Notes under the pieces: generated by a model
What the model was told of the DNA's origin: nothing
Seen by the model: only the letters and a program-made list of their open reading frames with translations
Database searches by the model: none
Part shown: positions 12,842 to 26,136 of the stretch, piece after piece
Position numbering within the stretch: position 1 is the stretch's first letter
How the letters are laid out: the number at the start of each line of letters is the position of its first letter
Program-made: the position numbers and the translations under genes
Source of the DNA: Callorhinchus milii
Taxonomy: Eukaryota
Assembly: GCF_018977255.1 (NCBI RefSeq)
Contig: NW_024704742.1
Coordinates: forward strand, 28,150,001-28,214,000
Length of the DNA stretch: 64,000 bases
Direction: 5' to 3'

Positions 12842-12996
12842 GGACTTGGAATCACAGTCTAAAACTGACACTCCAATGTAGTGCTGGGGGTGTGCTACTT
12901 TGTTAGAGGTGTTGTCTTTCAAATGAGATGTTAAACCGAGGTCCTGTCTGCCTGTTCAAGTGGATGTGAAAGATTCCATGGCACTGTTCGAAAAGA
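12842..12996 (+). repeat. DeuSINE core segment forming an inverted repeat with 12032-12186
   Basis: 155-bp reverse-complement match with 4 mismatches by manual alignment. Confidence 0.9.
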
Positions 12997-13744
12997 TGCA
13001 CAAAGTTAACCGCTGTCCAAATCAAACAGGCTCCACTGTATATCAATTTCAAGGATTATTATTACTTTTTTATTCCAACGTTCTGTTTGATTGCACCTTC
13101 AGTCACGCACCCAATCAACCCAATCACTCACTTGTCCAATCTCTATCCCAGCTCAGGCCACTCAGCCTCAAGCACTTAGAGACGTTCTCCTTTTGTGAAA
13201 GATACTACATGATTGCAAATTGTTGTTTTAATCCGTTTATATTCCATTTGTAAGAAAGCGACTGGCAGTGAGTATAATAATAACTTAGTTACCACTTAAT
13301 AGACTGCAAAAACTTCATCACAAACTGTTCATGACTTGTACAGTGTTCTAACTCATGAAACCCAATGCCCATTGTATTTATTTGATGCATTTAATTTCAC
13401 TCTGTTATGGGAAATCCATGATATGGCAACATTGCTTCTCTGGTTTGATACATATAGTACTGCTGCTCTTTATGAAAAAACACAGGCAAAAATCAAAACA
13501 ATTAGGCAATCGTAGAGTATTTTTAGTTAACTTGAATGAGTGACACAACGACGACTTCAACAACAACTTATAATTGTTTATATAGCACGTTTTACGTGGG
13601 GTAGCATTTTGGAGCACTTAACAATGGCGTAGTTTGACAAGCCAGAAACTGACCTACTTTGCTGTTTGTGAGTCAGTTGATGTGGAAATGAAGAACCTCT
13701 GCACAAGAAGGAAGGGACTGATTGTCATTTTTCTCCTAAGTCAC

Positions 13745-14042
13745 ATTTCGCATTGCTCCTTTCACGTCATGGGGACATCCCAAAGCACTTCACTACTGTG
13801 AAGCGCAGTGACTAAATGTGGCAGCCAATTGCACAAAGCAGTGTCCCACAACCAGCCATAGAATGAGTATCACACAGTTCCTGGCTGTTTTGGGGACATC
13901 ACTGTGTGCAAACTGGCTTACGTGTTTAAATTGACTGCTGTATTTGCCAACAAATACACACTTTACAGCATATCTTATGAGGTGCTTTGTGACGTCTTCC
14001 CAATGCCCCAAAGGCGCTGTATCAAATGTAATTATTATTATT
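13745..14042. mobile_element. Two SINE 3' halves in divergent (back-to-back) orientation
   Basis: Minus-strand body/tail at about 13745-13868 and plus-strand ggctgttttggggacatc...aaaggcgctgtatcaaatgtaattattatt at about 13880-14042. Confidence 0.7.
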
Positions 14043-14586
14043 TTGAAACATCAGTGGCAAGGAAAGGTTGGCTGTCAGTGAAGAGAATATATTTCGTACA
14101 ATAGTCCATTCATGAAAAGTCACGCTCCAATTCTAAACTGTGAACAATGGGAATTGGATGGGAAGTAAATCCTGATGTTGCAATGCATCACAAGTCAGGC
14201 TCACTTTCTCAGCAGAAAACTGTTACAATGGAATCCATTCACTCCTCTGAGCACCAGAAGGACATTTTAACNAAAAAATTAACGGTTGGTTATCACAACA
14301 TTGCGAATTTTCAATTACATCGGGTGGAATGAAAGGAAAGCTTGAATTTATTTTTATTTTAGTTCATTATTAGGAAAAAATAGAATGTGTTTCATGTTCA
14401 GAAAGCAACATTCTTTTTGGCATTATCATAAGTCTTCATGGTCAAGTCATATGAGGCATAACCAGTCTTTACACATGACAATGAAAAAGCCTTTTTGTTT
14501 ATCACAAGTTTCTTTGTGACATTCGTACCCAAAATGGTCCCCTCTGACTTGGTTGGAAATCTTTTATTTTGAAAGTTTAGGCATCA

Positions 14587-14921
14587 GCCTGGCTCGCTTG
14601 GTGTTACTCTCACCTCTGTCAGGTGTGCTTCGGATAGGATATTAAGCCAAGTTCCCATCTGCATATTCAAATGGACTTTAAAGATCCCGTTGCAGTAATC
14701 AAAACATAAGCGGACTTCCTCCTGGTATCCTGGCCAACAATCGCTCAACTAATATTGATCATTCACTGCATGGCTGTTTGCCCAACATTGCTGTGTGTAA
14801 ATTGGCAGCCACGTTCGCCTACAAAATACACAGTCACTACACACTTCATAGTGAAGTGCTGTCCAGCATTCCTCCTGGTGTGAAATATGCTATATCAAAT
14901 GTCAGGATTATCATCATTATT
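14587..14921 (+). mobile_element. DeuSINE-like element
   Basis: gcctggctc head, ttcggataggatattaagccaag...aaagatcccgttgcag...tcctggccaac Deu domain, shared body and tail. Confidence 0.8.
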
Positions 14922-16644
14922 TATAATGTACAATGTGCTAATTAACACAGGAAGCCCATTTTTCAACCTTGTGATATTTAAAGCACTGAGTGTTCCTGGG
15001 TGTATTGGAGATGCCCTCTCTAATAACCCTTCTCAACGGCAGTGTTTGAGAGGCTGATCACAGCAGTGGGACTGCAGGATACTAAACTAAAAGTTTAGAC
15101 TTAATTAAAGGTGTTAGAATAAAGCCAATATAAATAGTCATAAATAAACCAGCTAACCAGCAGCCTTGTGTACAATCACTGCAGTTTCCCATAAAATGTT
15201 TTTTGATCAACAGAACAGTCTATCCTGTAATTAATGTATTCACATCCATCACCTTGATGAGCATGAAATATATTATATAAATCTATATTGGACACACGAA
15301 TACAGCACAGCAGACCTCATTTCTTTTTTCTGACCAGCTTTTGCTTCTTTGTTGACCAGCAATAGATCAACTATAGCTGTTTGCAATTCTGCTGCTGCTT
15401 TGAACCTTCCATTTATTGTAAATAGGCTTTTGTATTGAGGCCTGGGACTCACTTGCACTCTGTTTGACAAATGGCAGAGAATATTCTCATTTGATTCAGT
15501 AAGAGGAAGCTTTTTATTTATTTTTTGCTTAGCTGTTTTTTGTTGCCTTACAAATCAGGCCAGGCTTATTTGCTTTTGTGCCTGTAAAGCTAAATTTGCA
15601 CTTGAGTTTGCAGTGGGCAGAAAAAGAAAAGTCAGGGAATATCGTACAGCAAATGCATTCCCCTTCAGCAACTCAACTGCTGACAAATCCGAGCCAGATA
15701 GGAGTGCTCTGTCCGCTCTAAGTGCAATGACATTTTACAAATGGTAGAAAAGGATTTTCTGTCCAGCTCCGTGTTTACACTGCAAAATGTCATGATGTCC
15801 TGTGATGACATCACAGGCTTATCCTTTCTAAGGCTATATAACAACTCGTACTCCATTAAACTGCAGCTCTAAAGCAAATATGTCAAATTATATTGCTTAT
15901 CACAAAAGGATTTGGAGTTGGAGCAGAGTGGGTACCAAAACCAAAATAGTTCTTACGTTTGAGATTAAATTTCATTTCTCTCACTATTTCGCTCTCTGGG
16001 TCCCACAAATTAATTGAGGAGTATTAACTGATGATACTGTCTGACTTCATCCACTGTCTAGATTTTGCGAATTAGGCTGTTGCCATTTTTGTTTTCAAGT
16101 GATGTATAAATTCTCTAATTTGCAATATTTCCCACCAGGAGTCCTAAACAGAATGCAAATCAATACATTGTACTGTATATGCTGCAAAGTGCATTGAGAT
16201 GTCCTCCCAATATGAAAGACTTCATGGGGCTCATTCTTTTTTGTATACCTAAGTACATATATGGTGCTTCCAGTGACCAGGACATTCTTTTGCAAGCATT
16301 TATTATACTACAAATTGCTATGGAAAACTGAACTATGTTTGTTCAACTTTTTCTTCTCCCTTCCCTCCTCTTCCTTTTGGCTGCATCACCAAAAACTGCC
16401 AATAAACACACGGGGGATGAGGTATAAAAATATTACATTTCTAAATGAGTAGGACTTGCGATAGGAAATGCCCTACTCTGGGTAACATCCATTTAAAGAG
16501 AAGCCATCTAGCGATGCTTTACTATTCCTGAACCATGGGTAAGATTATTCAGATGAAAATCACTGCTTCTCTTTCCCGCCCCCCCATAACCACTCGCACA
16601 ATCTCATACACTGTCCACATTTTCTTTTAGCACACACATAAGCG

Positions 16645-17631
16645 CAACAAAATCGACAAATTGCATTTATATAGAGGGTAACCGAAAGCACAGTCGAAGA
16701 GGAGGGTCTTGAGATGTGTCTTGAAGGAGGCAAGGGAGGGGGTGAGGTAGAGGGACTGTGGGATGGAGTTTCAGAGGGTAGGGGCAGAGTGGCAGAACCA
16801 ATGGTGGGACGGGTGAGGCCGGGGACATGAAGCAGGCCAGAGCCCGCTAAGTGGAGGTAAGGGCAGGTTGGAAGGGAGTTAGGAGATTGCAGAGGTAGGG
16901 GGGATGCAAGGCCACTCAGGGCTTTGAAAATGATGACCAGGATCTTGAACTGTATCCTCTGTGTGATGGGAAGCCAGTGAGTCGGGCGAGGATGGAGGTG
17001 ATAGGGTCACAGAGCTTGATGTAGGAGAGGCCCCGGCTACAGAGTTCTAGATGATCTGCAGCTTACGGAGGGAACAGTTGGGGAGGCCGTCAAGCAGTGA
17101 GTTTGCATAGTCAAGACTGGATGTAATGAAAGCATGTATGAGGGAGCCTGCGGTGTGAGAGCGGCAGAACCGGGCAATGTTGCGGAGGTGGGGGAAGGCA
17201 GAGCAAGTCATGGCACGGATGTGGGGTAGAAAGGATAGTTGATGGTCAAACCAGGTTCTAGAAGGCTTAGGAAGGTGGAGTGTGCATCCTTGGATGGTGA
17301 TGCTGTCAGCACCTGAGGTGTGGAGGCACTGACAGGAGCCTATCAAGAGAGCCTCGGTCTTGTTGACATTCAACTGAACATTCTCATCCAGGACTTGATG
17401 TCTGACAGATATTCTTTCAGGACAGCAGTGGTCCTGGAGTCAATGGTGGAGGCAGAGAGGTAGAGTTGGGAGTTATCCTCACACATGTGGAAGTTGACCC
17501 CATGTCTGCAGATGATGCCACCAGGGAGCATATAGATATTGAAGAGGAAGGGACCAAGGACAGAGCCCTGAGGAATGCCGCACGAGACAATGCGGGGGCT
17601 AGAGGAGAAACCGTTCGTGGAGATGAAATGG
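16645..17631 (-). mobile_element. L2 LINE 3' part (RT C-terminus to tail)
   Basis: QGSVLGPFLFNIYM, NVNKTEALLIGS, HAFITSSLDYANSLL motifs; terminal ctatataaatgcaatttg. Confidence 0.93.
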
Positions 17632-18017
17632 ACTCTGTCTCACTCACAACAGAAACACTCTCTCACGCACATTGTCTCACGTACATAAACTCTTTTTCTC
17701 GGACACACATGCACTTGCAAAACCAGCTGAGATTTGGTTCAGTGCTTGACCTAAATAAAAACCAATACAGAATAGAACCAACAATTGTTTTGGTTAAATC
17801 AAATTAACTTTTTTGGAACAGGAATTACTAGGCACAGGCATGATGTTTTTTGAAAAATGTCATCACGAGCTACTCCTGAATCCCTGCTTGTTGCCTCTTA
17901 AACTCATTTATGCCGTCTGCTGTATAAACTGATAAATTATTTTGCATGTCTGTTCACCTTTCGTGCAAATCTACCTGACACATTTTATTACTCCTAATTC
18001 GCTAATTAAATTGGTGC

Positions 18018-18485
18018 CATCCAGAACCCTGCAGGATGTATCCTCTCCCGCACTGGGCTCCATGAGCCTATCACCCACATTCCACGCTTGACTCCACTGA
18101 CTCCTCATCCCCGAGTGGATTGAATTCAAAATCCTCATCCTCACATTGTGACCTACTTCAATGCTGCCACCCTGCCTGCTCCCTCCACTCAGATAATAGC
18201 GGCTTGCTTCATATCCCCACTCAATTTTGACCCCAACTGCATCCAGGAATCATTCCTCCTTGCCCTCTCTCTCCCCACCTTTAAAGCCTGCCTTAAGGTC
18301 TATATTTTTTACTGTACTTTCAGTCTTTCCCTGTTTCTCTCCCCCACACCACCCCATCTATCCCCAGCTCCCCTTTACCCCACTGCAACTCCTCTTTCCC
18401 CCAGCTTAGGTCCCAAGTCAGCTGTGTGATGTGCTTTGAGACGTCCTCAAGACACAGAAACTGCTTTAAAAATGCAACTTTTGTT
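18018..18485 (+). mobile_element. L2 3' fragment
   Basis: catccagaac...ctccactgactcctcatccccgagtggattgaattcaaaatcctc; tail gtgctttgagacgtcc...aaatgcaac. Confidence 0.75.
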
Positions 18486-19564
18486 CAGTAATTTTTAACT
18501 CGTGTCCCATGGGATATGAATTCTTTGCCACAGTGAGCAATGCACAGATCAGCTTTTTCAATCCACATCCTAATAATTCAATCCTGTGCACAAGTCACTT
18601 TTTATATTTACAGGACAAACGATATGCCTGAAATTGTAACTTAGAAACCGTAACATATAGTAATTTTATCAAATAGTCATAACATGGCAATATTATTTGT
18701 TAAGCTGAAAAGCGAAAGTGAAGTGAAAGGAAGAATGCAAAGAGAGTAAAAATAAAAGGTGTGAGGCAACTAATGTACTGCAAATTAATTTTCATTGCCA
18801 AAATCTGAATTATTAATATCAAGTCGAGCAAACATTTTATTGAAATTCAATGACTCCCCTCTGATTTTTTAGGAGTTTTGTTTTTTAAGCAAATATTGAG
18901 ATTTAATTGTCTTGACTTTCTGATTTCCCTTCCTCTGATTATAATCTGGATTTAAAAATGCAATATGCATCATTTACTTCAATTATTACAATTATTAAAA
19001 TGATTGGTAATTTAATTGTGTAATGTTTAGGTTTAACCTTTCTGTCTTCTGGTAGACTTGATGTGTTTTGTGCAGTCAATTGAAGCCAGTCTGTACAAGA
19101 GCAGTCCTCCCACAATAAATCGATTGTTGCCTTTGTCCTTACTTTGTACAAAAAAATAACTTGAATGGATCCAATGGTCTCACAGTCTTGGAATCGATAG
19201 AATTTGGGGGCCTGGGTTGGATACACCAGTCCTTCATTCAAACTTGGTGAAATTAATTGTGTTTTTTTATTGTGGTGGTGCGGGGAGTCGAAGAAGGTAA
19301 ATGGAGTCTCTCTGGGGCAGAAATGGCAAACAAGTCTGTGGCAAATCTGAGCCATTGGCTGCTGATCAACTTATTAATGATAATGCAAGCTGAGCTGCAG
19401 TAGTTAGACAGACCTTTCACTTCAAATGGGCATCCCAAAACATCCAGCAGGCATTGTTGAGTGCTGTGTATGGTTCCAGTTGCTGTGACATAAGGAGACA
19501 GAGGAGAGCAACACGGATAATCCCTAATGTTAGAGGAATGAGCTATGACTAATGATTTGACAAC

Positions 19565-19740
19565 CTTTAGTCTTGGAAAGAGGTGTCTCAGAGGCGATCT
19601 TGCGGAGGTATATAACATTTTAAATGGGACTGAGAAAGTCAACCCAGAACAATAATTTCAGATACAACAAGACACAGATTTAGAGTTTCAAAGGGCAATT
19701 TCAGGATAGGTACCAAGACATTTTGCTCACATTTTTCTGT
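19565..19740 (+). mobile_element. CR1 ORF2 C-terminal fragment
   Basis: Translates to SLERRCLRGDLAEVYNILNG.EKV with a small indel. Confidence 0.8.
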
Positions 19741-19744
19741 AAGA

Positions 19745-19897
19745 CAAACACACTCACAGAAAGAGATACATATACACACTCACAGACAGAGACATTCACA
19801 GATGCAGAGACACACACTCAGAGACGCACAAATACAGAGAGACACACAGAGAGACTCACAGAAACACACAAACATTGGAGAGTGAGACACACAGACA
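19745..19897. repeat. Degenerate (CA/GA)n low-complexity tract
   Basis: acacactcacagaaagagatacatatacacactcacagacagagac... Confidence 0.85.
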
Positions 19898-21338
19898 ATC
19901 TCAATGGCTGAGTCTTGGGGTGAGCAAAGCCCATTTCCTGCTCTCGCTGCATTTTTACACGTATTTAGCAGGAGGGCTTGTTTGTAGTGGAGGAGGTTGA
20001 TTGCAGTGGAATGTGTGTTTGTAGCAGATTCCGTGAAAAAATTGCGGCCGCACTTTTCTGTTGGCCTACACCATCACAACTGATCAACATTGAGCCTGTG
20101 CTCAGCTGTGTAAAGAGCTGTGATGTCCTCCCCACGTGAAAAGTAAATTATATTGTATTGCTCTCATCATAACTGGTTTGCCATTTTATAATAGCATGCA
20201 GCAAGCTGCAATTGGAAGAAGTGGAACCAATGGAAACAGGATTGGGGTAAAAACACATCGGTCTTTTTTGTCGGTAGGTGAAAAGAGGATAACTTTGATA
20301 TATTGTTCCCTGTATATCTGTCAAAATGGTATACTGCAACTTGCAGCCCCTTACAAGTTTCCAGCAAAAGGTTCTTTGGTCACCACGATGATCTACGTTG
20401 TAATAAATACATTGTACTTCAATTTCATTTTTATCCATTTTATTTCAGAAAAGATCTGACTCGAGTTCTTTGTGTAATGAGACATGTTAAGATTTAGTGA
20501 GGCCCTGGAGGGGAAAATTGTGTTAAATAATGTAGTAATCCACTTGATAAAATGTGTAACATGTAGAAGGACGTAGCATCAGATAGTTAGAGGATGATTT
20601 CCAGAGTACGTGAGTTTATAGAAACCAGTTGTGCTCCCTGAACAGTTTAGCACAGTGTAAGAATCATCCGTTATTTGCTCAAAGCAGAGCCAAGCAAACT
20701 GAGGTCAGAAGCTGCTGCTCTTTTAAATCCCACTGTAGCACTCAATACAGTCCGTTAATGTGACAGTAGCCATGAACGTACACCCAAAGTGAACTGCAAC
20801 AGAGGCAGAGGAAGAGAGTTTCAAATGGCGAAAGAGCGGTGGCATAAGCCTCACAGTCTGATGCTTGGTTTTATAAAGAGCATAGATGGGTTGACAAGTA
20901 GCCAAACACACTCAGATCAGTGGGAAGTCCACTTTCTTTTTATTGACAGTGTGGTGTTAATGATTTGAGACCTGATTCTTGCATCAGCAACTCACACCTC
21001 TAATTAGTCAGAAGTGTCCTAGCCATTTATGAATTGTATTTGTCTTTGGTGAGAGTTTGTGGTGTGATTCATTTCCTCACATTTCTGGCCACTTACTGTG
21101 GATCTGCCTTGCAGAGCACATTGACAAATTGCAGCAACAATTCAGAATTTACAGCCAAGTGAACAGAAGGGGGCATAGCTATACAGAATAGATCTTGTAT
21201 TGAATTGTCAAAGATCTGTAACTTCTGTTTGCAAAGAGTCATTCGGCCACAGATTTACAGATTCATAACAATTCTGTTTAAAATATATATTAAAAAAAAG
21301 ACCTTTGTTCCATAGACTATTAGCACATCGGCTTAAAC

Positions 21339-21841
21339 TATCTACGATCTGTACTTATTCTGTACATTAAACCATTGGGACTTCAGTGTCTTGTGTTAAA
21401 TGTCCACTTCCATTCAGTGCTTTAAATTCAACTTCTGACAGCAGGTTAGCAATAAAGCGAATGAGAGACGAGCTGTACAGTCGCAGCATTTCCTTTCATT
21501 TCCATGTGAATAAATTGTTTTATGGTGGAATGAGGGAGTAGCAGCTCTGGTGTGAAATGAAATGCAAGACCCCTCAAATGAACATAGAAACTGTCGTAAA
21601 ACTCAGAATATTTGTCAATACGTCTCCTTGATTGCTCTGCATTTCAATCAGTAATAGTCATTTGTATGTATACACAACAACAAATTTCATTTGTAGGGCA
21701 CCTTTCAAGGCACTGAGGGCATCCTCCTAATGTGACTTTGAATTTAAAGCACTGATTGGAAGCAGACATTTAACACAAAACACTGAAGTCCTAAAAGAAT
21801 CGCAATAGCTTAATGTATAGAATAAGTTCAGAACCAAGATA
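21339..21841. repeat. Local inverted repeat, arms 21339-21431 and 21738-21841
   Basis: Manual alignment: about 11 mismatches over about 93 bp plus one 11-nt indel. Confidence 0.85.
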
Positions 21842-22443
21842 CCCAAGAACTACAGAGCTACTTCTTCTGCACTTTAAAGTACAATTAATCTTTTAAAAAG
21901 CAGTCAGCGCCCACCACACTTGTCAGCTGGTTCCAACTATTGTTAACTATTTGACTTTAAAATAATAATCATAATCCTTGCATTTGTTATAGTGCACATT
22001 GTTGAAATGCCTCAAAGAACTTCACTGAATATACGCTATTTTCTGTAAGTATTTTCTGTGGGTGAAACGGCTTTGATTCTTTCAAGGTAAAAATAGGGTT
22101 GCCCTTGATTTTTTAAATGGGAATAAAATAAATCTAAAACTTGCATGTCGCAGATTCAGCTCTGAGGATCAATATATGAAACTCAGGCACTGGAAGCTTC
22201 AAATTGGCAGGGTTATTGATAGTTGGCTTTTAAATTACTTCATATGGTAAACACACAAAGCAAAGTGAAACTAGTGCAATCAACAGTATTAAAAGTGCTA
22301 AATAATTCAGGCTCAACAATATTGGAAAGCTGGCTAAGAAATACTTTGAATCATCCTTTGGTAAAATCAGCTGGGTTGCAATAAGATGTGGGGCATATTT
22401 TTTTCTTTAGTCTCAGTCATTTCTTGGATCCAAACGTGTGTCA

Positions 22444-22832
22444 GCCTAGTTCATTTAGTAGCACTCTCGCCTCTGGGTCAGGAAAACTCGGGGTTCAAGC
22501 TCCACTTTGGGACTTTGAAGATCCCAAAGGAGTACCCTTACAGAGGTGCCATTCTTCGCATGAGATGTTAGACTAGGTCCCATTTATCTGTTCAGATGGA
22601 TGTTAAATATCTCATGATGACACTCGAAAAAAGAAGGGGGGTTTTCCTGGCATCATGGCCAACAAATCCCCCAGATAAATTGGTGATTCACTTCATGACT
22701 GTTTGTGGGAAACTGCTGGGCTCAAACTGGCAGCAGTTTTTGAGTACAAATGACATAGTCATGATATTCTGCCAATGCTTTGAGACATCCCCTGACATGA
22801 AAGGCAGTATATCAAATGCAATTATTATTATT
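22444..22832 (+). mobile_element. DeuSINE-like element
   Basis: tagcactctcgcctctgggtcaggaaaactcggggttcaag head; gaggtgccattcttcgcatgagatgtt Deu segment; (att)n tail. Confidence 0.8.
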
Positions 22833-24455
22833 AATTATTGTATTATTGCTTGCACACAGATGAAACGGAACACCATGTTTGTAAAGGAACGTGTTGGCTG
22901 TTGACGTTGAGTGTAGAGACGGGCTGCTTAAAACTTATTGCACATACATCATCAGATGTTTAACCCTTTCACAACTGTCTCTCCCACAATTGTCAACAGT
23001 CAAATCCTTTTTCAAAAGGGCTGAAGTTTCCTGTTTTCCTCGAAATGGACGCCTTCTGTGGTGGAAATCAAAAATGCAATTTGCTCAGAGAACTTCAATA
23101 AATGTTTTCCTGCATAGCATCACTTGTTTAAAACCAAAATAAGTACCTTTTAAAATCTTATATTTCTGTTCATGCTTCCTTATACCCTCCTTTAGCATGC
23201 CCTCCAATAGTCCAGCCCCCTCCTTAAACAAATATGAGACTCAACTGCCTTAGTTGTCTGGGTTATGCTTTGGCCCTTCTGTACAGGTCAATACGGCAAC
23301 AGCGTTGTTTAGCTAAGTGACCCAGTGTGTTTGTTCCCCTTCTTGTCTTTTCATTTCTCGATAGAAGATGGTGGGTCAGTCTCTGACAGCCCAGACTTCA
23401 AAAATACCTGTCACCGAAATCCTTAGTTTCCCAAAGTCAGTAGCAAAACAGAAGAAATGTAAAACTTGCACATCATGGGTACTGTCTTCTCATCCAAAAA
23501 TATTGGGATAGTTTATCCTTTCGCTGCGCAAAAACACATCTGTATATTTTGCAAACAAAACATTGAAATGGGCATCGAATGTCAGAATGTTAAAAAAAAT
23601 GAACAAATGTACAAAACAAAACAAACTGATTTTGCAATAAAATTATAGCTGGGCAAATTATTTTCTGTTAGAGTTTATAGATGGTTATGTAATTTACAGT
23701 ACTTGGGATTTGCACAAAGGCATTAGGATTGGTACTTTGAATGTGAATGAATGATATTAAGCCTTGGTTTGAGCAGAGCTTGGTCAGTATTAAGGCCACA
23801 CGTTATAGGAATGTTCTGTGCTGTGAGATCTGACCTACATGAAGTGTGATGAAAAGGTGGATTAAATAAATGAGACACACAAAGAAATGTAGAGAGAACA
23901 CATCTGAGAGGCCCTCTTTATTGATCTACCATATTATACCCGTCTCTTTGTATGATCAAAAGCTTTTACAGCCTTGCTGCATATTCCACTAACTCTGTCT
24001 TCTTGTTTTCTGATGTATTTATACAGCTATATTTATGCAAGTTTAATTATAGGTTTTACTGTAGAGGATACTCAGCAGTAAACCTTTGAATACAAGGTTG
24101 ATGCCATATGTTGGAGGTGTAATTGAGTTTTATAGGTCAAGCCCACAATTGTATGTTCAACAACTTACCATGCGATGTTTTGTTTACACTGCAAATATGG
24201 TAATATGATCACAAAGGAGGTCTAATCACAGTCTATTACTTTAATTTAATTTTGCTTTGTACTAGGGTAAATGTGAGGGGATCGTTGATACAGGTGGGGT
24301 CTAAATTGCAAGATAAATGTAGAATTTGCAAGTAGATCCCAGGAGAATTACAGATGTGCTGCCGCTCAGGCACACAGTTCAGTCCAGACTCCCAAGAAAT
24401 CAATATCCTTGCAGAGTTCTAAAGATGGTCACAGCTCATTCGAGATTTGCTAGTT

Positions 24456-24835
24456 ATACAGTCATAGAATCCTGCAGCACAGAAGGAGGCCATTCAGCCC
24501 ATCATGCCTGTGCCTTCTCTCTGAAAGCTATCCAATTAGTCCCACTTCCTCGCTCTTTCCCCATAGCCCTGCAATATTTTTTGCTTTTCAAATATATATC
24601 CAATCTCCTTTCAAAAGTTATTATTGAATAGGCATTGCATTCCAGATCGTAACTCGCTGCATAAAAAAATTTCTCCTCATCTCCCCTCTGGTTATTTTGC
24701 CAATCTGTGTACTCTGGTTACCGACCCCCCTGCCAGTGGAAATAATTTCTCCTTATTTACTTTATCAAAACCCCTCATAAATTTGAACACCTCTATTAAA
24801 ATCTCCCTGTAACTTTCTCTGGCCTAAGGAGAACA
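24456..24835 (-). mobile_element. CR1 3' end
   Basis: catagaatcctgcagcacagaaggaggccattcagcccatc is the reverse CR1 terminus; reverse of RGDLIEVFK-type segment near 24780-24810. Confidence 0.85.
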
Positions 24836-24956
24836 CTTAGTTGTAAATCCTATAGCAAATTGTAAATCCATTTAGTATGTTGTCTTTATGGAGACTCTTG
24901 CTCTTCCTTGGTGGTCGGTTTTCCTGCCCGGGCTCTTCCCTACATAAGTTGTAGAC

Positions 24957-25294
24957 CATCCAGAACTTTGCAACTCCTGTCCTCCCTAACCAAACACTGT
25001 GAGCCTGTCACCCCATTCCTCGCTCAGCTCCACTGACTTCCCATCGCCCAGTGGATCGAATACAAGATCATCCTCACATTTATTCCTTCCATGGCCTCAT
25101 ACACGCTACCTCGGTGAACTCCTGCAATCCTACTCACCTGACCACTACTTCCACTTAGGGTCCCCCACCTGATCTGTCCCACCATTGCTGGGTGAGCTTT
25201 CAGTCATCCCATCTTCCTCAGCTCCCCTCGCTCGCCCAACACTTTGAGACCTCTGAGATGAAAGGTTCCAAATCAATGTAAATTGTTGTTGTTG
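24957..25294 (+). mobile_element. L2 3' fragment
   Basis: catccagaac...ctccactgacttcccatcgcccagtggatcgaatacaagatc; tail gtaaa(ttg)n. Confidence 0.75.
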
Positions 25295-25943
25295 AATATT
25301 TCTCCTCTCTCCATTAAGCTATGCACCATCTTGAAAATTCAGTTTGCATGATTAATACATGCACGTATTAACTGCAGATATTAAAATCCGGTTGTGAAAT
25401 TGTTTCCAATTTCTAACTCACTACGTGTTTTTGCACTCTGAAAAATAGCACGAGGAGTATAAATCCATATTACCAATTTAGCAATATAAATATAATTTTT
25501 TGGTTTACTTTGATTGCCCCTCCCCCTTCCTTCCTCACTCCACATTTCAGGACATCACAACTGTATCTGATTTAGTCCCCATCCAAAAATCCATACGTTA
25601 CAGTAGGAAAGACTAGGTAGAGATAATAACTTGCAAACCTTGATAATAATTGTGTTCATAATCATAACATTAACACGTTATCAGACACCTCAAAACTTTT
25701 CACAGGATTTCACTGTGAAGTGTACCCAGTGCATATGTATAGGCAAGCAAGCAGTTAATTGGTGCACAGCAAAATCCCACAAACAACCATGTTGCAAATG
25801 ACCACTTTTATTTGGGGGATTGTTCTCCAAGATAATTGGAGAAAGTAGCATTGATATAGGCAGGTAACATTGAAATGTCTCAAACCACTTCAAAGGTAAT
25901 TGTTGACAAGTGTAGCGACTATATATTTTACAATCAAACAAGA

Positions 25944-26136
25944 GGGAGCATTGACTAACGATTTTCTGTTCCCTAGCCTAGGGGTACTGAGCCAAATTGA
26001 AGGACCATGAGTGCAACCATGACTAAAATCATCTAACTTAGTATAGATCAGGAAGCGAAACTAGGACCCTTGGGGTGTGATTGGCTCAGTTTCACACGAG
26101 GCAGTGGCTTTCACAACTGAGCCATCGAGGGAGCTG
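25944..26136 (-). mobile_element. Ancient tRNA-related SINE resembling AmnSINE2-type elements
   Basis: Reverse complement cagctccc...ggctcag...ctgagcca...ggtcctagtt...ctaagttagatgatttt...caatttggctcagtacccctaggctaggga; family recognised from memory. Confidence 0.55.

Noticed and set aside
14272..14272. Single N base (also at 49025)
   Set aside because: Assembly ambiguity next to A-runs, not biology; local structure around it should be treated cautiously
23341..23510. Acceptor-like site followed by a short open frame
   Set aside because: No convincing donor and no recognisable peptide
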